Of a DNA stretch of 64,000 nucleotides, positions 23,001 to 34,804 are shown in pieces. The notes below the pieces were generated by a model. That model had not been told where the DNA came from. It made no database searches and was given only the letters and a program-made list of their open reading frames with translations. Origin of the DNA: Pecten maximus (Eukaryota); contig NC_047021.1 in NCBI RefSeq assembly GCF_902652985.1, positions 27,466,001 through 27,530,000 of the forward strand, written 5' to 3'. The number at the start of each line of letters is the position of its first letter. Position 1 is the stretch's first letter. A program made the translations under genes and the position numbers.

Positions 23001-26000
23001 AAACTCTATATCAGTCTACATGCACCCCCCCCCCCCCTCTCCCACCAAACACTATATATCATACCCATCAACCTAACCAATACATACATTATACTGGAAT
23101 TTGCCCCCCACCCTTGTTATACACTGTTTATATAATATATATACCTTTATACATAATACATCGTGTACAATCTTCTTTTCCTTCCCAAAGGTCATGTTCC
23201 TTGACCTTTCTTGACCTAATTATCAACTAACATATCTGTATGTTCCTGACTGGAAGAAATTAACACTTGATCACATTTCTTTTCCTGCTAAAGTAGCTTC
23301 CCTGTTTTTCCATCTAAACACACCTAAAATGTTCCCATCTTCCAAAAAAAATTTTTTTTTTAAATGTCAATATACTAAAATTACTTCACTTTAAAAGATC
23401 TGTGTTCTGTTGTTAAGAAGTCTGTAATTGTATTTCCAACTTCTCGAAAAGAATTCAATTATGTAAATACTTCAGAAATACAAGTACCAATTTACAGTAG
23501 TTAGGCATGTCTTTCTATTTCAAATGTATTGTACCAACCACAACTAGCTAGTTCCCAATTAGCCATTTCAGCATTCTTACTTTACAATTTGGTTTTTAAA
23601 TGTAGGTCAAAATAACACCACTAAAAGTTCAAAATGACATCCCTATGAGTTAAACTGCATGAGTTGATGCTGGATGGAGAATCTAGCTATGGAGACAGAG
23701 TAATAGACAGCTGAAGATACCTGGTATGTCTAGCAGACATAAGCACTTCAGAAACAAATGTATATGTAAAGGTTGTTCATTCTGTTTAATATTTTTTCAC
23801 AGTTTTGACAGAAAATTTAAAATGGACTAAGAATTTGAAGAAATACTTCATCTGTCAAAATTGGTTAAAAATTATACAGGATAAAAGCAAACCTTTCAGT
23901 ACAGGTAACCATGGGAACCAAACTGTTTCTAGAAGATATATGTTTCAACAAAAGCAGAAGTTATACATGTCAACACAAGAATGGTCTTTCCAGGTGTCAC
24001 CAGAAGGCAAACAATTCAGATAACTTACTGTTCTCATCTATACACAATTTATTGTACTATTAATGATCTAATTAATCAAATGTCCCAAACTTATAAAATA
24101 TATAATATTACTTGACTTGCATTTCCTGAAAACTTTAAATTATCTTAAAAAATCATGGTAACAAAGTGTAAGACATGATCATTAGGTACAATTTTTTTGT
24201 ATACAATGTATGGGTACCTAGATTAATTAAGTTTTTTCTCAATACAGATAGAACTTTTCCCACCAATCAACAGTCACACTCCCAATATGATGCTTGTGAG
24301 TGGGTATATGCCCCTGAGCTAGCATTAGGATAAACGCCCATGCATTTTTGGGTTTATATCAGTACAGATGTTGCATGCAACTTGGATATACCAGGTACAT
24401 GTGTCAGTATGATACCTGTTATGTGTGTGTAGGCACATATAGTCATGCAGAGTCTCTTTATATCAAAGCTGTGTCATTTAGATTATACTGTAGTATACAA
24501 TTTGATTTTCATTTGTTTTAAATTCCTCAGAAATAAAACAATTAATATGATCATGTGATCATAATATCATAATAAGTAGAAAAACAACCAAAAAAAGAGT
24601 GAGAGAGTACAGAGTTCAGCATCAGCATCTCGATTCCCCAGTTTTGATGTTGACATGCATTTGGATAGCTGTCATCTTATGCATATTTTTTGTTTTATTT
24701 CAAAAGATCAAAAGATTATATTTCACTTCCCATATTTATCCTGAAATAAGCCCAGGAAGAAACAGAGGTTTCATTCAAAATAAGGGGTAGGATTTTAGAC
24801 AGGACAATGAAATAGCCTTTGTTTAATAGCATTTGTGTGGAATTGTGGGCTTATTAACAGATGTCAGCTTATTGCTGGATAAATATGGTATATACATGTA
24901 CATTGGCTTATTGCTGGATCGATACAGCCTGACATTTTTATGTTTCTCTAAGCACATCCAATTTTGATTTAAAAAAGTGACCCTAATACATGTTCAGATA
25001 TCTATGTGTGTGTATCCTAGCTACCTGTCTGTTTTAAAGCCACAGTGATATGTGTGAAAGAGGCATGCCCTCAACCAACAGCTCAAGGCCCCCAGAACCG
25101 ATTTAATCGACCAGCTCCTTTCAAGCAATTTCTCCCATCCTTTCTTTCTGGTTAAGGTATTAAGCTAAGAAACCTCCATTGTCAATGTAAACAATAGGAT
25201 AATCAATGAAAATGTACAAATGATTAATGAATCATGTGATTTTCTGTAAAAACACTGGAAGAAAACATCATTAATAGATTAATGTGAGTGTAACCTGATT
25301 TCTCCCAGTTTACATTGACAGTGAGGGAGGACATGAAATGATGTGATCAGCTGGAGGTATAAACACTGACAGTAGGTGACAGGTACCTTCAACTGTCATG
25401 CTCAAAGTGAGGATAAATTACTTGAGGTTTGTGTGACCATTTATTTTTCTTTCCTAAAATTTTCATTTTTTTTTTACTTATTTAAATTTCTTATCCTGTG
25501 GAGTATACATAATATCTGGGATTATTCACTTACATATGAATTTTCATGTTTCCAAAAAATTAACCACTTCACAGATACTTTTACCTAGCACAAAATAGCT
25601 TTAAGAAATTGAATGATACAGCAAATAATACAACCAGAAAAAATCAATTACCATTTCTGTCAATTCTAAAATGGATTTTGCAAATAGACCTCCAGCTGAA
25701 CCAGCATGCAATGTTAGAATATTTGCACTAGGTGTTAATATGAGTCCTCTCAATATCATGCACACCCAGGGTTTTAACCCTGGCAGGCACCAATGTTGTG
25801 CTGACCCAAACTTTCTTCGAGGCGGCTAGCCCCTGAAACCGACCCCCGAAGAAACCCTGTCCTTTTTGTATGTTCTCTGGGATATCAGAATAATCCTACA
25901 AAAAGGTCAATAGTGTTAATCAGTTGTCACCAGTTGTAATGAGGGTTCCATGTGGTTTGGATTCCCGCCTCATATACCAGTACCAAGAACAAAGATTGAT

Positions 26001-28473
26001 TTAGTACATTACTGGAGTGAAATTAATTAGAATTGCTGCATTAATAGGTACAATGTTGGGTTTGGTTGAATGGAACGTTCTAGTATAGCATTAGAGATAA
26101 TTAAGTATAAACTGTTGTTCCAAATTTTCATTAATTCATTTAATCACAGAAATTAAGGAAAGATTTGCATTAAGTAAAACAAAATTGATAATTCGTTAGA
26201 AAAACAGACAGACATTGTAAGGTTGGATCAATTAAAACATATTTTTGAAATTTTCGAAATTATTTTTTGTATAAAAATTCTTTTCAACAGTACATGTAGC
26301 TATTACATATTGATACTGTATAAGAAATTCTATCACAAAACAAGCAGTTAACTATCAACATAATAAAAGACCAAGTTTATTGTCTGTCTGATTCCTAAAA
26401 TAAACATTAAATTAAATATTTATAATTTCTCAATCACCTAAACCTGAAAGTTAGAAACTACATTAGTTAATTCTTAGAAATGTTGATAGTGATACTTAAA
26501 AGAATATGCATCTACTTCCATTAACTTCAATTTAAGACGTTACACATATTAATATATTTATTTTCCAAGATTTGTCCAATCCCAAAGCTATATAACAAGT
26601 ATATAAATATTGAAAATGAAAAATAGATTTAAAAAACGAATAAAAAATAAAAATGAATAGCTTTTCAATACTTCATCTGGATCATTATGCATTTGATCAA
26701 CCACTTCTTCATCTGGCTAAAAGCAAGATGTACATTCAAAGATACATGAATTGAATGTAAATTATTATATAAAACTGACTCTAGAATAGTGCGTGATATT
26801 CTATAGTTACATGTAAGTTAAATGACACTGTAAACAATTACTTAGGATATGTAAATGTATTGGTGAATGTTGAATTTAAAAATCTGAAACAGGATTTGAA
26901 GTATCAGTGAATAAAATTTTCAAAACAAAATATCTGCAAACATTGTGCATTATTATGCCTTGATTGAGATGGACCATTCATTACATACATGTACATGTAT
27001 AAATAGATAGCTGGTTTTGCCCTAATAGATGGATCAAATACATGTACAGTGTATATCTGTAAAAGTTCTTTGAAATAAATGTTGACATAAATGCCAAAGT
27101 TAAATGTATATATATAATCATTTGCTGGAATTTAACTATTCATAATTTCTATCACAAGGCATTTTTAAAGTTCTAAGAAGGACACAAACATCTAAAGCAA
27201 TGCATCTATGGGAATTTTGCAGACCTCTACAAGAAAGTTAAGTATCAAATGAACATTGAAAGTTCAAATTAAACTATAATAATTATTGAGGCTGATCATT
27301 TGAATACATACAATGATACTCTCATCATCCATGTTGAAGATGAAGTCAAGGCTGCTCTCCGTAATAATTTTGTTTGTGGGCTTCATCTCTGGATCCACAA
27401 ACATATCCCTGTATACAAAAAATAAAGCTCTTCTAACAAAAAATCATTTTTTATGTCTAAGTTTAATGTGTCCCATTGCATTCAAGTCTACTCCATAAAA
27501 TATACAATAATATATATATTTCGATGAAAGAACAGATTGTTTTCACATCTTACAGTAGATCTACATGTATATAAAATGTAATTCAATTTGACAGATGAAT
27601 ATACAAATGTAGGTCTTTATGAAGTGTTTGATTCAAATTGATGTCAGTTACAGTTTTATACAAATAAATAAAAAATTTAAAGCATTTTGACAATGAAACA
27701 TGAACTAATATCATATTAGTCTCGTATTCTTATACAATATATTATTACCAGTTCAAGTCGCCAAGGCCATTCTCCACAAGAAATCCCAACTTGTCCAGAA
27801 TAAACTGATGTGGATCACCTGGACACATAACTGCTAAACCGGTTAGCAGAGCCTATGGATAAATAACATCATAAAGGCCTTATTAACTACTATTTATTTA
27901 CACAGAAGCAAAGTCTACAAATTAAAAAAAAACCAGCATACACTTGTATGAGTTTAAACTACGTATCATACATGATATTAAAGGTGAAGTGTAAACTGTA
28001 TAGTGTTGTGTGTCTAGATTCAAATATTGATCTGCACGTGACATTGAATTGGGATATCAGGAATCATTTAATATATTCCTATGTACATTCTTCCTGTCAT
28101 TCTGTAAGCCATTAATTTATATTGTTCTACAGTACAGAATACACATGTATGGCTACATGGCTTGCAGGAATGTCCTTTGTCATTTCATAGCCATTTAATA
28201 AATCGCTTTTATGAACTCATTACAAAGATGTATTTAATAATTGATGTAATAGTTAATGTATTCACAGTAACCTTATGTGCCATTCATGAAACCAACTTTA
28301 ATAAACTTTAAACAGCTGGCAAAGTTAACATTGCATGCACAGTAGCCTAGTAAGTAGGCATATGCTGACATTAGCCTATAGTAGAATTCACTTGCCTCAT
28401 AAATATCGGGGAGCTTATTTGACCTCAAATACAACTTCAGCTCGGGGGTCTGCCCTTTCATTGACGCCGCCAT
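5018..28473 (-). CDS. FBXL13: F-box and leucine-rich repeat protein 13 / dynein regulatory complex subunit 6 (DRC6); 23 coding exons, ~780 aa
   Basis: Exons (5'->3'): 28473-28396, 27852-27749, 27408-27312, 22298-22231, 21784-21664, 21450-21417, 20648-20539, 14902-14786, 14465-14370, 13948-13923, 11827-11665, 11474-11374, 11249-11120, 9780-9682, 9481-9361, 8725-8563, 8368-8252, 8037-7911, 7502-7365, 7009-6929, 6243-6161, 5641-5561, 5105-5018. Total 2343 nt with all phases compatible. F-box (LAVKIFSFVDIADLARCSRVCRSWK..LW) is followed by Cys-containing LRRs. Segments CRNLQDLNLSEC, YTDKGLQYL..G...KLEYLDLSGC, EGPATQKIRELNLTNCIR and C-terminal YSNDDIPPYYGY parallel human FBXL13 as I recall it. Confidence 0.93.
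5171..5410 (+). mobile_element. Degenerate 5' fragment of a Helentron-type non-autonomous element in the last FBXL13 intron
   Basis: Begins aacaagagatcccaga...ccattgaatgatcttt; similar starts occur near 34165 and 40336. Confidence 0.45.
6208..6872 (-). repeat. 60-bp tandem array (~11 copies) duplicating the acceptor and first codons of FBXL13 exon 21
   Basis: Sense unit gtaatgttgtatttactcgttacag|GTGACTAACCTGAGTATCCAGTACCTGTCTGGAGT. Confidence 0.95.
8716..8930 (-). repeat. 54-bp tandem array (4 copies) duplicating the acceptor of FBXL13 exon 16
   Basis: Sense unit ...ctgcagtttttatcctttgctag|GTAACCACAG. Confidence 0.93.
9939..11146 (-). repeat. 48-bp tandem array (~25 copies) duplicating the 3' end and donor of FBXL13 exon 13
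   Basis: Sense unit TACCTGGATCTCTCTGGCTGTCTACAG|gtaaatcataccctcagtaaa. Confidence 0.96.
14590..14660 (-). mobile_element. Short 3'-end remnant of a LINE related to the 28.9-32.8 kb element, in FBXL13 intron 8
   Basis: aaagggaattgggca...tatattagccctctcccga matches aaagggattgggca...tatattaagccctctcccga at 28916-28963. Confidence 0.55.
19225..19672. repeat. C-rich minisatellite of 14-17-nt cacctgt-containing subunits (~46-nt higher-order unit) in FBXL13 intron 7
   Basis: ccctcacctgtatgtccccatcacctgtacccccacaactgt repeated; produces Pro-rich ORFs in all three + frames. Confidence 0.92.
20685..20905. repeat. Degenerate ggtcacacaa-type low-complexity repeat upstream of the exon 7 acceptor
   Basis: Recurrent ggtca/cacaaggtc motifs. 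Confidence 0.6.
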
Positions 28474-28876
28474 TTTCAATAAATATAACCGTTTGTATAC
28501 AGAAGTTAAAGAACCCCGTTTTGTTTTCAAATCAGAGCACTTGCTCTTTGGTCGCCATATTGTTTTCGTGTAGCAACGAAGTGAAAAATGCCCGGATGTC
28601 CAATCAACTGTCGGAGTTGTTTCCCTTCCATTAAGGCGGTTGCTACACCTTCATTGTAGGCTACCATCAAAATTTTACTTTGGATAGAAAATTTTCATTT
28701 TATTTTCAGTGATTGTCTAGGCCATAAAGAGTCAAAATTTGAAAGAAAAAAGATATTTCATCCAATAGATTATTCTACGAAAAAAAATCCAAAATATGCT
28801 CAAATATGACCCTGTCTGAAAAATATTAAGAAAAAGATATTTTGAAACAAATTAATATTTGTGGCATGCTTATTTT

Positions 28877-31800
28877 GATTTAAACATATTTTATTTGTCA
28901 TTTACAATTTGTTACAAAGGGATTGGGCACAAGTTTTCCAACTTATATTAAGCCCTCTCCCGATACAATTTTACATTGAGAAAAAATTCACATGATGGTA
29001 GTTTTATTTACATATTTACAATCTAATTTTATAAGAAATAGAGAGAAAGAGAGAGAGAGAGACAGAAGGGGAGGGAGACGGAGAGAAAGGGGAAGAGAGG
29101 GGGAGTTGGAGGGGGGAAGGAAGAGAGAGACAGAAAGAGATTTTATAAGATATTGATACAAATAATCTTATATATATGGGATATACATGTATATCTAAAT
29201 ACTTCAAAAAGACAAATAGTTTTGTGGTAGACCTAAGCGGACTCGGGCAACAATCACTTTGGTACACAATTCGACTTTCCTTTCGTTCAAACTTGTCTAA
29301 TGTCTATGATAATCCATGCCAGTGGTGTCTTCCTCCTTTTCTTTTCTGGTCCTTCATTTATAACATTTCACACACACCCGAATGTCACCCGAGTCCGCAA
29401 AGACAAAAATACAATGTACATTAATTTCCAATTAAGATATTTTTAAAATCTATTTGTATTTTTAATAAATAGTTGGGTTGATTGGCATATAGTTACATTT
29501 TCTTGATGAGAAAGTTCATTTTTTCCGAATAGCAGAAGTTGCAGGTCTAGTGGGATGAAATAATTCAGATCACGAAACAGTTGCAAACGCTGAACAGAGT
29601 AATTATTACATTCAAAAAAGAAATGATATGCATCTTCAACAGGGTGTCCACATTGGCAGTGTTTAAAATTAATCAAATTTGCATGAAATAAATCGTTGTT
29701 AAGAGTACTAGATCTGTTTCTTAATCTTGCATGCATAATGTTATGTTTTCTGTCACCAATTTGATAGTAGAAGGGAACTTTTGTGTCTGTAAAATTTTGA
29801 AGAGAATGTTTAAAGGCCGAGTACGTAACACTTTGTCGGATTTCGTTATCTAAATGATTCCATAGTTGGATAGTAGAGGGAAAGAAAGATGAATTAGTAA
29901 GATGTAAACGGTAATTTGGTAACGAGTAATTATTGGCATTTCTAAGGTTATATTGAGAATTTTCTGATACTAATGGTGGAAGAAGTGATGTTAGGTAATT
30001 TGGAGATAATTTATGTTTAATTTTATAAAAAAAGCTGCAATTTTCGCCTAGAGCGTCTAATAGCAAGAGGTTCTAAACCACTTTCAGAATATAATGACTG
30101 TATACTAGTGTAAGATGGTAATCCCGTAATCACACGTGCAGCTTCTAGTTGAAGTTTTTCTAGTTTATCTGAGTCACCGAGACTACACCCATCCCATACC
30201 TCACAACAATATTCTAATAATGGTATAATATACGAAGTATATATTCTATATAAAGTGTGGCGATTTAATATATATTTAAGTTTACGCAAAACACTTATCT
30301 GTTTCGATACCTTTTTACAAATACCATCAATATGACTGGTCCATTTACAATTTCCGTCCAATATAACTCCCAAGTGCCTATGATTTTCTACGAAGTTCAC
30401 ACTAACATTATCAAATTTAATATCAATTACATAATCTAGCTCAGAATTATGGATAAGCAGTGCCTCTGTTTTGGAAGGATTAAACTTTACTAACCATTTA
30501 TTTGCCCAATTTTGAATGTGCTCTAAATCGTTGTTGATTACAAATTCAACATTTTGAGGGGATGGATTTGAATATAATAATGACGTATCGTCTGCAAACA
30601 ACTTTGAAAGACTTTGTAGATTATCGGAAATGTCATTAATGTATAAAATAAATAACAAGGGACCAAGTACAGAACCTTGTGGAACGCCAGCGTTAGTAGT
30701 TTTAACAAGTGATTTAGAGTCACCCACACAAACTTGTTGTTTCCTTTCACTTATATAATTTAAAAGCCAATTTAAAAGTTTGCCGCTAATACCATAGTTT
30801 GCTAGTTTCACCCCCAGTCCCTTGTGCCACACACGATCAAAAGCTTTCGATATATCACAGAAAACTAAACATGTAGGATGTCTTTTTTCTAGATTTTCAC
30901 ACAAAGTGTGATAAATTTCAATAAGTTGATGAACTGTCGAATGGCCAGGTTGAAAACCAGACTGAAACTTATATATTAATGAATGATCTAGCAAGTAATT
31001 ATTTAAATATTTAACAATTAACCTTTCAAAAACTTTCCCAACCGTACTGAGTAGTGAAATTGGCCTGTAATTCGAAAAAATATGTTTGTCCCCAGATTTA
31101 AATAAAGGTGTAACTAATGCATGTTTCCACAATTTAGGAAAAACTCCAGTTTCCAGAGAAGCTCTAAAAATAATACCCAATGGTAAAGCTACTGAATTTG
31201 CTGTATTTTTTAACATATTGTGACTGATTGTATCATTCCCAACAGCTTTATTTATATTTAATGATTTCAGTATGTCAGTTATGTCACTCGTTTCAAATTG
31301 TATGTCAGAAATAGTGGAGCCAGTCCGTAATTCAACTGTCGGTACATCAAAATTATTGTCGTCAATAGTAGAAATTGAAACAAAGTAATCATTTAAAATA
31401 TTAGCTTTATTATCATCAGACATTTCAATGTTACCGTGTATATATCTAATAGGTGGGATAATGTTCGAATCATGAGGTGTTTTTATTAATTTACGAATAA
31501 TTTTCCAAAAATTTCTAGGATTTGAACTTGAATATCTATCTAAGATACCATTTATATCAGCATAAAAAAGTTCTTTTGTTCGTTTCTTCAGGTTATTTAC
31601 ATGATTACGTTGCTTCCGGAAGTTAGATAAGTTTCTGTCTGAACGGTCTGATTTATATAATTTCAACAGTCCATTTCTTTTCCTAATTTCCTTACGTAAA
31701 GTTGAGTCAAACCAAGGTTTGTCATTTGATCTGATCGTCACAGTCCGGGTCGGTATACATTCTCTGGCTATGTCGAGGTATCTAGTCGTAAAAAGATTAC

Positions 31801-32800
31801 ACATATCATCTGGTGAATTAGCATTCGCAAAAAAGTCAACCCAGTCCGTCTCGTCTAATATACTATTGAATAAATCATAATTTGCATTATTATAGCATCT
31901 AATCTCCCTGTCAAACGTCCTTCTGAAATTCGTTCTAACAGTCAATTCAGCAGTTGTCGCCTTATGGTCCGAAATGTCACTTTCAACGTCAATAATATCT
32001 GCATAAGTAAAGTTACACGTGTCGGACAGTATAATGGGGTCAAGTAAGGTCGAGCTAGTGCGACCTACACGTGTCGGTCTATCTATAATATTCGAAAGGT
32101 GAAAGGAGTCGAGAATATCAACAAATGCATGATTTCTACTAACAGTTAAAAGATCTACGTTTATGTCACCAACAATTACTACCCGTGAAGTTTCATTAAG
32201 AGCAATTTCAATAGAGTGTCGGAAATAATTCCAAAAAGTAAGAGCACATTGTGGAGGTCTATACACTGTACATAGAAGGTATTTTTGCTCTGGAAACTGG
32301 AGTTCTGTCCAAATCAACTCCCCCTCCTGGAATTCTAGATCAACTCTACGACGAGTGCACAAGAGACTGGACGTGTAAACAGCTACGCCCCCTCCCGGTG
32401 TTTCACGGTCTTTTCGGTATAAATCATAGCCACTCAGGAGTATATCAGCATCTACAGTTGAAGTATCAAGGCGAGTCTCAGTGACACAAACTACATCGTA
32501 ATCTGACGCTATATTTTCCAGAAACGATATTTTGTTTTTCAGACTACGAATGTTTAAATGAAATACAGAAATGTCATTTATTTTATTCGGACCAGGGTTA
32601 GGATGAACGTCGTTACAGGATAGGATGAGGAGTTGTAATAAAAGTAGAAAACAGGAATTATTAGTAATGGCAGACAAAGTTGTTTGAATGGCTAATAATA
32701 ATGTAGTAATGCTATGCATCAACCTAGACCTGCATCTTTTTAGATACTTATTACTTATTCTGTATACAAAGAAAACCACACTCTTTCTTAATCCCATGTA
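28877..32800 (-). mobile_element. Non-LTR retrotransposon (CR1/L2 group): ORF2 plus 3' UTR; 5' boundary not defined
   Basis: APE-RT ORF, then a (TC)-rich 3' UTR, a stem-loop and an aataaaatatgtttaaa terminus at ~28877-28895. Confidence 0.88.
29443..32797 (-). CDS. LINE ORF2: APE endonuclease, reverse transcriptase and C-terminal Cys/His motif; one +1 frameshift at 30027-30033
   Basis: Endonuclease motifs HLNIRSL, VTET, GGGV, YRPP, GDIN, PTR, SDH. RT motifs YRPISLL, FQSGF, DISKAFDRV, GVPQGSVLGPLLF, FADD, HLGV. C-terminal CQCG..ED..HFFFEC. Removing one base of the 7-nt homopolymer joins LQLF to YKIKHK. Confidence 0.93.
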
Positions 32801-34804
32801 AGTATTTTTATTTATTCATGGCAAGATTCACAATCAGAACATCAACAAAACAAATAAATCTACAAAAATAGTAGTCTGAACTCCTTTTGGAAGGCTCTAT
32901 TTTCAAATGTACAACAAACTTTAAAATATTAGACAGAAAAAAACGTGTATGGATTTCGATAAAGGTAGTGTTTTGTTAGTATCCTTAAGCATTATCTGTT
33001 AATTTTCATTTCTTAATAAGACTTATAAATTTTGAGATTATTGACAAACCAACACCCCACCCCTTACATCAAAACCTTCCAATAGATAGGCCAGATAGAT
33101 AGATAGATTTGCCAGAATTGTCTTTTTAATCACCTTTAGTTTCTAAACATTGATAGTTTTTCAGTGAATATAGTCAATAGTATAACCTTATCATGGGCGG
33201 ATCAAGGCGGCGGGGCGCAGTGGAAATTTGTGTGGACATAAACACTTTTAAAGATGATCACAACAGATATTATCGTTTTATTAGCTCCATTTTAAAACCA
33301 ATTGGTCTTCGGCTGCTCCGAGATCCCCGCTTTATTGTCTTTAATGTCCCACGCCCTCTAAACAATTTTAAATCCTGAAATTTCATTAAGAAAGTCGCGA
33401 AAATTAAAATAGGAAAAATGTTATCCTGAAACTTCCACAGTATAATGATAATACACCGTTTTATCAAGAGCTTCTGGGGTGGTCCCCAGATCCCTTCCCT
33501 GTTTTCTTTTTAATACACATTAAATTGTTAATCCCGAAAACATCATTCAGAAAAAAAATAAGCATGGCCCCCAGACCCCCGCCTTATTTTCTTGACTCTA
33601 GAGCAGTTAATCATGGAAAATAATATCCTGAAGATAAAACAAAAAACTAAAAACAAAAACTATGGTCTAGAAACTCACAGAATTTTATGATAATACACCA
33701 CTTTTTCCAGAGCGCTGGGGACCTGGGCGGCCCCATACCTCGCCTTGTTTCCTTTGTTATGTACATCGTAAACAGTTAAACATGAGAGAGAACAATCAGA
33801 GCCATTTAATATTGAAGCCCTCGTATAACAACACTGGGTCAAACACACCTCCTATATCCTTTCAAACCAAATAGTTCAAGGAAGAAGAACTCGCGCCCCT
33901 GTGCACCCCTTCAAAACCCGACCCATTAATTGTCAGTATTGACGGATCCTAGGGTTTCACGATTAAGAAGAAGCAAAGGGGACGCTTATGTAAGAGGTTG
34001 TGAACATCGATATCCATGTGTGGCCAACTCAATTGAAAGGGTGTCATTAAAAAAAAAAAGCAAGTGCACTATATTTGAAAAGCATTCTATTTCCGGTTAG
34101 ATGGTTGATGGAGCTTATATGTCCCTACAACATTTGATGTCATATGATTATTGCATGGTTGAAAAACAAGATATCCCTGAGAGATCTTGGCAATCGGCAT
34201 AGAGTGACCTTTATTGGATCTTTTTAATACTGATCTTTGCTCTCTTTTTTTCTATTCTTCCTCAATAATCATTTAAGGTTAACCTACATGCTAAATCCGA
34301 GAAAGATCTATAACGGACTCTATGAAATAGGACTAACAAACTCCAACTTAATCTCAATCTAAATGAAATTCAAAATAATTATATCCGTGAAGGACTTCCT
34401 GGGAAAACGCGATCATAAACTTTAACTGATAAAAATCGAAATGGTAGCCTGTTGGCCATCTTATATTTCAATGAGTTTCAAAATAGAACACGGACAACTA
34501 GGGATCACGCAGAACTTACAGATGCAATTTGAAAAGCTTTCTGAGAAAAAGTGATAACATGCTTCAACTTTCAAAAGTATTGCTTGGTGTCCATCTTGTT
34601 TTTCATTTAGTGACAGTTTCAAAATGAAACATGCACAACTTGAGACCACGAGGAACCTACAAATGGGCTGATTATGATGGACTAAAAAGTCAGGACAACA
34701 GTTCATTATGCGAAGTACCATAACTCCAGCACATAATGGAACTCAGCTCAATCTGTATTGTAATATGGTAAAACCACATATTAAGTAACAAATTGATGTA
34801 GCAA

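Noticed and set aside
25025-25164. Possible phase 0->2 alternative FBXL13 exon (LNTLTRKKGWEKLL...)
   Set aside because: The frame is open after an AG, but the donors are weak and ambiguous and there is no similarity to exon 4, so support is insufficient.
28474-28530. Upstream extension of the FBXL13 ORF (MKTKRGS...)
   Set aside because: It starts at a TTG called by the ORF finder; the ATG at 28473 has strong context (AAAATGG).
33190-33930. Degenerate repeats with ccccagacccc motifs
   Set aside because: Probably an old interspersed repeat, but I could not define ends or a family.
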